Shown: positions 57,882 through 64,000 of the stretch, in pieces
How positions within the stretch are numbered: the stretch's first letter is position 1
How the letters are laid out: each line of letters opens with the position of its first letter
The notes under the pieces: model-generated
The model's database searches: none
Seen by the model: only the letters and a program-made list of their open reading frames with translations
What the model was told of the DNA's origin: nothing
Assembly (NCBI RefSeq): GCF_964355755.1
Contig: NC_092673.1
Coordinates: 15,410,948 to 15,474,947, forward strand
Origin: Antedon mediterranea
Lineage: Eukaryota > Animalia > Echinodermata
Direction of reading: 5' to 3'
DNA length: 64,000 bases
Program-made: the position numbers and the translations under genes

Positions 57882-59413
57882 CTTTATTCTATCAATTGGT
57901 AGGTCGTTAGTAACTGTTACAAGGTTGGTTAAATGAAGGCTCGCGATAGGTTGATGTGTATTAAGAGATACGTTTCAGATTATAGGCGGCATCTAGTCCC
58001 CTTTTTAAAAATCTTTCTGGTGGCTAGGGTAATAATTGTTGGACTGTTGGTATGGGTATGGCGGGGGATAATTTCCGTAAGAGCGGTTTCTTTGTTGGCA
58101 GTGCTTTTGTATGTGGCCTGGCTTCCCGCAGAAATAACAGTTTGGGGTAGGTGGGGTCTGGAATCGAGGTTTGTAGAGACTCTGGCTTCGGTTTCGTCTT
58201 GGGGTATAATTTCGACTGGGGGAACGTGAGCGGCATCGTCATTAAGGGATCGTTTTGTTGTGGCTATGTCTAACTTAAAGGCAAGGTGCAGGCAAAAAAT
58301 TTCTATTGATCATACATTCCAATAATTATCGATCTATAGTTTCCCCTATGTTTCATAATTTTTGGGATTTTATTTGTGTTACACAAGCTTGTTGAAAATA
58401 AGCACTTTCTTATCAGTGGGGGGATAGTTCAAATTACACAGTAAAATCTCTATTCTTTTGTACACAAATTTTGTAAATAGAGAGGCATTTTAAAAAGCTA
58501 TGAAAACTAAACAGTGTGGTAAAAAATGTTATCAGATGACTAAATATAGGTAATATAACTTGAATATTACATTCCTGGTATTTTTATTCAACTTCAGATT
58601 TTTATTTTCATGCTATAGCAAAAATTATCCACCGTAAATCCACCATCTTTTTTCACCTTCTAGGGAGTCACCAGACATGTTATTACATTAGGTTAACCAC
58701 CTAACTACTGAAAAAAAGTCTTCCTGGTTTTTATGGAAGAATTTTGCCAAATTTTGTATTTGACGATATTAATGGAAATTCATGTTTTTTCGTCTTGATT
58801 TCTGTTACAAATATTTGCTTTATGTACAATTAACCAAAAATTTTATTAAAATTTCATGCCTGTACCTGAGCTTTAAGAGAATGTATTTCATGTTGGAGGG
58901 ATTCGAGACTATTATTTGTTTCCTTGTTGATGTTGAATGAAACTTCCCGTGGGGAATCATCCACGGAAAGATCAAAGTAATTTTGTGCACTATTTACGAT
59001 ATTATCAAGTGTGGCATCGATTGGGTGGACATGGCTACAGCTGCTCTACATTTTGGTGGAAGGGTCGAAATAAATTTATTTTTTATCTGCTGGTCAGCGT
59101 AGCCAATTCTGTCTGCGGTTTTGTTTGATTCTGGTTAAGTGTTTTTCGGCATTGTCGCCAGTGGTATAAGTAATAGAATCGTATTCTCTTATGTGGGCAT
59201 AGAATAGATTGATTTGTTTTTACTAAACCTGTTAATGAATTGGGTTTTCAAGGATTCCAGTGAATCGAACTGCTTTCCTTAGATCCAGAGTCTGCTTGGC
59301 TCTGAAGGCTACGTTTGAAAATACTTATGACATTAAGTAATTGGGCATTAAGTGATAATAATCCAAAACGAACAATCAACAAAATAAACAAAACAAAAGT
59401 AACGTCCTAAGTT

Positions 59414-60001
59414 TTACGGATCTCTCAACTTCAACACATATGTTCTGGTCGTGGTCTTCTCTCTTTTCGGCCTTCCACCTGTCCCATACTCTACCACCTT
59501 CACCTCCTCACGGACCTCCTGCACCTTCCCTGCTAAAAGCTTCTCTAGGTCAACCATCTCGGGTGGCTCCTCTTCTGTTTCCATGTCATCGTCCTGACCT
59601 CCTCGGAGCAACTGTAACAAGTTCCGGGGTTTTCCCCTTGGTCGCTGCTCATCGGTCAACACAGTTTCTTCTCTCGCCACATCTGGCACTGCAAACAGGG
59701 AGACTGACCCTGGCGACACTTGTAACTCGTCGCCCGCCCTGGTTTGGACAGTGGGTGACGTGACGGCTACCACCCGAGTCTCCGTGTCGGTCCGGCTTGG
59801 TGGCGTCACGGTCCTCCTTCTATGTAACTGGTCCTGGTGTCGGATCAGAGCGTCCCTCCTAGAGAAGGTCGCAGAGCAACGCTCACAGACATGATCCCTC
59901 CTTCTGTCTACATGACTCCTATTCCGATGCCGTCGTAAGGCGCTTGCATGGGCATAGATTCGTGGACATCGATCACACTCAAATTCACTTCTTGCTCGCA
60001 T
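59414..60001 (-). CDS. Two-finger C2H2 zinc-finger protein (195 aa) inside the Gypsy leader
   Basis: ATG at 60001; CDRC..HRNRSH and CERC..HQDQLH; intact, GC-rich ORF. Confidence 0.7.
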   Translation of the reverse strand: MRARSEFECDRCPRIYAHASALRRHRNRSHVDRRRDHVCERCSATFSRRDALIRHQDQLHRRRTVTPPSRTDTETRVVAVTSPTVQTRAGDELQVSPGSVSLFAVPDVAREETVLTDEQRPRGKPRNLLQLLRGGQDDDMETEEEPPEMVDLEKLLAGKVQEVREEVKVVEYGTGGRPKREKTTTRTYVLKLRDP

Positions 60002-60428
60002 CTTTATTAAAAACAAACAAAAAGAAAAACAAAACAACATTAGATCAAATATAAACGTTCGGAAAAAATAAGTTGAAAGTGTCCAAACGAAACAGTTCTT
60101 GTCCGCTTGCTTCTGTTTTTCCGTTTTGATTCTTCTTGTGTCTTCCTTGATTATCTTCTTTGTCTTCATCCAACGGTTATACGAAATTAAAAAATTCTGC
60201 TTGTCTCGATCCAGTTAAAATACAAATTTGAAAAAAATTCTGCTTGTCTCGTTCCGGTTAAATGCGTACTTGAAAAAAAATTCTGCTCTGCTTCTCTCAT
60301 TCAAATATAAATTTCAGCTTGTCTTTGTGTAAAAATAAATTTCTGGTTGTCTTCTTCGTCTTCGTCTCTTGTTGTGTTTGTTTCTTGTTTTCTTGTTATT
60401 CTGTTTGCTCACTCTGTTCCTTATAAAA

Positions 60429-60444
60429 TGTGGGTCTTCCACCA
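60429..60444 (-). other. Primer-binding site, tRNA-Ala-like
   Basis: TGGTGGAAGA right after the LTR-terminal CA; the tRNA-Ala 3' complement begins TGGTGGAGA. Confidence 0.55.
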
Positions 60445-60589
60445 TGTAATATAGTGTTATGAATGAATTGTAATGAAGACTCTTACTCGCTTGACTGTAG
60501 TAACACATATATTGTTTATTCAGTATAATACTTGATGATACAATAATGATTCAGTACAATATACAACTATAACTAAGGAACAGAGGATC

Positions 60590-63354
60590 AGTGATGCTGT
60601 CGGTGAGGTGTGTAGGTCTGCTTCTGGAGAAGTGGCTGTGAGGTGTGTAGGTGTTCTTCTGAAACTTGGGGGTATATTTGCTCAGTTCATTAGCATATGT
60701 CAATTACATCGTCTCAGAGGTTACTGATTGGTCCTCAAGTTGATCCAGGGGTGTTTAAGTAGAAGTGATTAATGGTATAATAAGGTATTTCAATGATGGA
60801 TAACACTGTCGAATCTGTACTTTTAGTGTGACAGTCTTACCTTCAATGGATGCAACAATATAGGGACCACTGAAGTTCGGTTGCAAACGATTTCCTTTAA
60901 TATTTCGTTTTCTTTGGTTGAATTTTAAGACTTTTGAACCTACTTCAATGGCTGGTTTTTTAAAACTTTTTGTCATATTTTGTTTTGTATTGTTTCTGTT
61001 TTTCTTTATATTTTTGAGAACAGCTTTGGTCGTTTCTTTGATGGCAGTGCCTCTGTTTTTCATCATTTCTTCAATTGCCTCTGTTATGCACGGATAGGTT
61101 TGATAACTGATTGTGTTTCCTTCCAAATGGCATTCTGCTCAGATGAAGAGAAATTGGATGTAAAAATACATTGGTCCCTACCCACTCTTCATCTTCGTCA
61201 CTTATCTCAGCTGGTATTTTAGGTTTTCTGTGGTACAGGAGGAAAAATGGACTGTACTCTGTAGTCGTGTGCCAGTTGATGTTTAAGGCGAAAACGACTG
61301 AATTCAGGTACCTTTCCCAGTCATCTTTTTTTTGATCCATTAATTTACTCAGGCAACTGAAATATAAAACCAACATTTGGATGATGTTATGGAAATTAAT
61401 GACTATACAAACGTACTGTTTGATAATAGTGGATTTGTTATTGCCATCTGTATACAATTGAGAAGGTTATAATTGAGAAGGTTACAGTTTAATTGAGAAG
61501 GTTTATAAGATTTTTTGTGCAACTGCACACATCCTTACACATCTAGGAATATTGATGTGAAGTTTCAACATTATTTACCTTGATTTACCTTGATCTTGGA
61601 CATCTAAAGCAATGCTTGTGTGTCCCTCCGGTATATTCTATTACATGTTCTATCATATGGGGAAAACTTTATCCGCCATCTTAAATCAAATATAGCGGCC
61701 AATATGGGGTCCTTGTGTTCCACTTTCTCTGGATGTTACTGGAGTTGCCAAATTTTACTGGTTTGGTGTAAAAGGAAAGTGAATTTTAAAATAACCGAAA
61801 TTGTACTGGAAATGTTTTATACTTTTAAAAACCATCAATGGAGGGTTGTGGGTTAACAATAATGTGGCAACCGCTCAAGGGTGGGTATTTATTTTAGTTT
61901 CAACGTGCTGATTGAATATTATAATTGTAAAGATGCACATACCTCTTTTGCAAAGTAAAATTAGGGTGCAGGTCAAGTCGGCCCCAAACCGTCTCGGCCC
62001 CAAGTCAACTCGGCCCCAAGTCAACTCGGCCCCAAGTCAACTCGGCCTCAAGTCAACTCGGCCTCACGTCAACTCGGCCAAAAACTAATCGGTCAACTCG
62101 CCCACAATAAAGTATGGAACGCACATTGCCGATATGAATAGAAGTACCCGAGTGTTACAAAAACACATGCAGGTACCACATTTTAGTAAACCGAAGACGT
62201 AGGCCTACGTTCCACCATGAATCTATAGCTCCATGGTTCCACTATTTGGCCATAGAAAAATGATCGTATACACCGTTTTTGTCCATGATTTGTGTTTTTA
62301 AAAAAGGGGAATCTCCCGGTCAGCGAATACACGTAGCAGTTGTAATATCTATATAGCTGCCAAATGCGCAGGGATCTGGAGGCGCAGCTACGAATTGGTT
62401 ACAGATGTTGTCGCCTAATCAAATGCATACACTGAAGAAATCTACGCGTGATTCAACCATGGAGTTAAAATTATTTAATACCTCAATGATTCAACCAAAC
62501 AATCCAACCAAACAATCTTATTACACCTAATAAATGTCCTCGCATATCGGACATGTTTATTGAATTTTGGCGCACGAACGAACATACGTGCCTACGTGTG
62601 CATCATCGTTATTGGGCCTACAATGTGTTCATATTTATTATCCAAATGTTCATATTGTAATCATTAACAATCGTATGAATGCTAGCTTATTAATCAATTG
62701 TTTGTTATGCGCAATTTCAGAACAATTTGTGCAATTTGAAATTTTATTAAACGTAAATAAAGGAAAGTTGGTGAAATCCTCATTTTTTTTGCTAAATGTA
62801 ATATTGTCTAAATATTAATATTCATTAAAAGTCAGAATTATTCATAGGTAAAAAAATGTGAAGAAATATTATTTTATCAATCCCCTTCCTTTGCACCTTT
62901 TGCATTCCATACTTTAACGGGGCCGAGTTGACTGATTATTTTTTGGCCGAGTTGACGTGAGGCCGAGTTGACTTGAGGCCGAGTTGTCTTGGGGCCGAGT
63001 TGACTTGGGGCCGACTTGACTTTGGCCGAGACGCTTTAGGGCATATCATATATTACGTCATACTAATAGTGTACCCAATTGTTGTAGAGACGCTTAATAT
63101 ATACTTAACTCATAATGAACCTTATTTACAAACTCTTTTCCGTTGTCGCTTGTGATTGATTTAACGGCACCATGTCTGTGGTAAATTTTTACCATGCTCT
63201 CTGCTACCTCCTCACTTGTTTTTTGCCGAATGACAAAGGCCTCACATCATTTGGTGTAGTAATCAGTAGCGGTAAATATGTACTTTTTTCCTCCATCTGA
63301 TGTTTTATACTGGCCCATTAAATCAATGCCCATCATCACAAAAGGGCCAGTTAC
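60590..63354 (-). pseudogene. Intron-containing Ginger/GIN-type (Gypsy-integrase-like) transposase relic
   Basis: Exon 63354-63121 (cag/gt): VTGPFVMMGIDLMG..ATDYYTK*CEAF..TSDNGKEFVNK. Exon from ~61357: DWERYLNSVVFALN..YSPFFLLYHRKP, then the GPY motif FSGPYIV. Contains a stop and frameshifts. Confidence 0.8.
61963..63041. mobile_element. MULE-type MITE with AAGTCAACTCGGCCCC subterminal arrays, inserted in the Ginger relic
   Basis: ~16-bp repeats at 61970-62103 and inverted at 62919-63041. Confidence 0.85.
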
Positions 63355-64000
63355 CTGCAGAAACAAAACAAGTAAATTTAATTTACAACATATATTTTAA
63401 ATAATGCTGTTGGTCTGGTAGGGCAGAATTTTTGAAACCTTTAAAAGTAATGTAGTTTTGAGATTCACAATTATACTGTAAAACAAATGCAATTTTTAAA
63501 CTGCAAAACATTTTTTGGAACGAACACCCTCAATTAAAAATCAATACTTGGTCAACCAGTATGAGTGAGTTGCCTGGTTTGATTAATAATGTTCTGATGA
63601 TGATCTTTTTTTTTGTAATGAATAAACCATTCTTAGATCAGAATAAAAATAAACAAAAGTCATACTGCTATTGGTTGGAGTTCCCTTGAAATTGACTTTA
63701 AGCTGTCTCCTTTCTGGCAAGACAAGCAGTTTGAATCTAGAAGTTAAACAAAATATTTTATTGTTAAGATACATTGTTCTATATATTCTAGCAATTTACG
63801 TCTCCAAACTTTCATATGATGTCTGACAGCTAAACATTATTTATGTAAATAATTGTTTATTTACAAAAAATTTTCCAATTGTAAATAGACTGAATAAAAG
63901 ACTGTTACCGTAAGAGAAATTGTAATTTAAAAAAAAATGTATACCTTCATAAGATTTCAAGCTTACCCATTCGTGTACACTCATAGTGTTTGGCCTGGCC

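Larger units (their letters stand above)
56720..60582 (-). mobile_element. Ty3/Gypsy LTR retrotransposon: 5' LTR end, PBS, extra ZnF ORF, decayed gag, RT; RNase H, integrase and 3' LTR lost
   Basis: LTR end ...AATAAA...TATTACA (60445) directly followed by TGGTGGAAGA. Gag-like peptides FDSLESLKTQFINRFSK and QIKNKFISTLPPKCRAAV at 58950-59300. RT motifs PFFIRPY, SPVLLVSKK, RVVTDF, IDLKSAFH, HHDD, KKCKLF, YMGH. Confidence 0.85.

Noticed and set aside
60002-60169. N-terminal 56 aa of the 251-aa ORF call
   Set aside because: Low-complexity leader and polypyrimidine tract; coding-like composition starts at ATG 60001

Overview
AT-rich, intron-containing animal DNA (marine invertebrate, plausibly an echinoderm; this is inference). 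It holds two host genes. One is the last 5 coding exons of an STK32/YANK kinase (+, 754-8377). The other is a complete 12-exon telomeric repeat-binding factor (TRFH + Myb telobox; minus, 28452-11488, ~445 aa) that I assembled by hand with consistent GT-AG phases. The rest is a dense transposon graveyard: Kolobok-, Tc1-, hAT- and MULE-type MITEs with readable TIRs/TSDs, SINEs, a truncated Penelope element with hammerhead-like pLTR remnants, a decayed ISL2EU-type element (THAP + DDE + YqaJ), two MULE transposase relics (one amplified into a 2615-bp higher-order repeat), a decayed LRR-Roc (ROCO) gene whose domains became two tandem arrays, a Gypsy element and an intron-containing Ginger/GIN-type integrase. 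The strongest candidates for something new are (i) a Gypsy element with an intact C2H2 zinc-finger ORF between PBS and gag plus an HHDD RT motif, (ii) a Cys-rich 27-bp minisatellite in TRF intron 8 that becomes in-frame with TRFH if exon 7 is skipped, and (iii) ROCO coding domains converted into satellites. All calls come from reading the sequence; no database searches were run.
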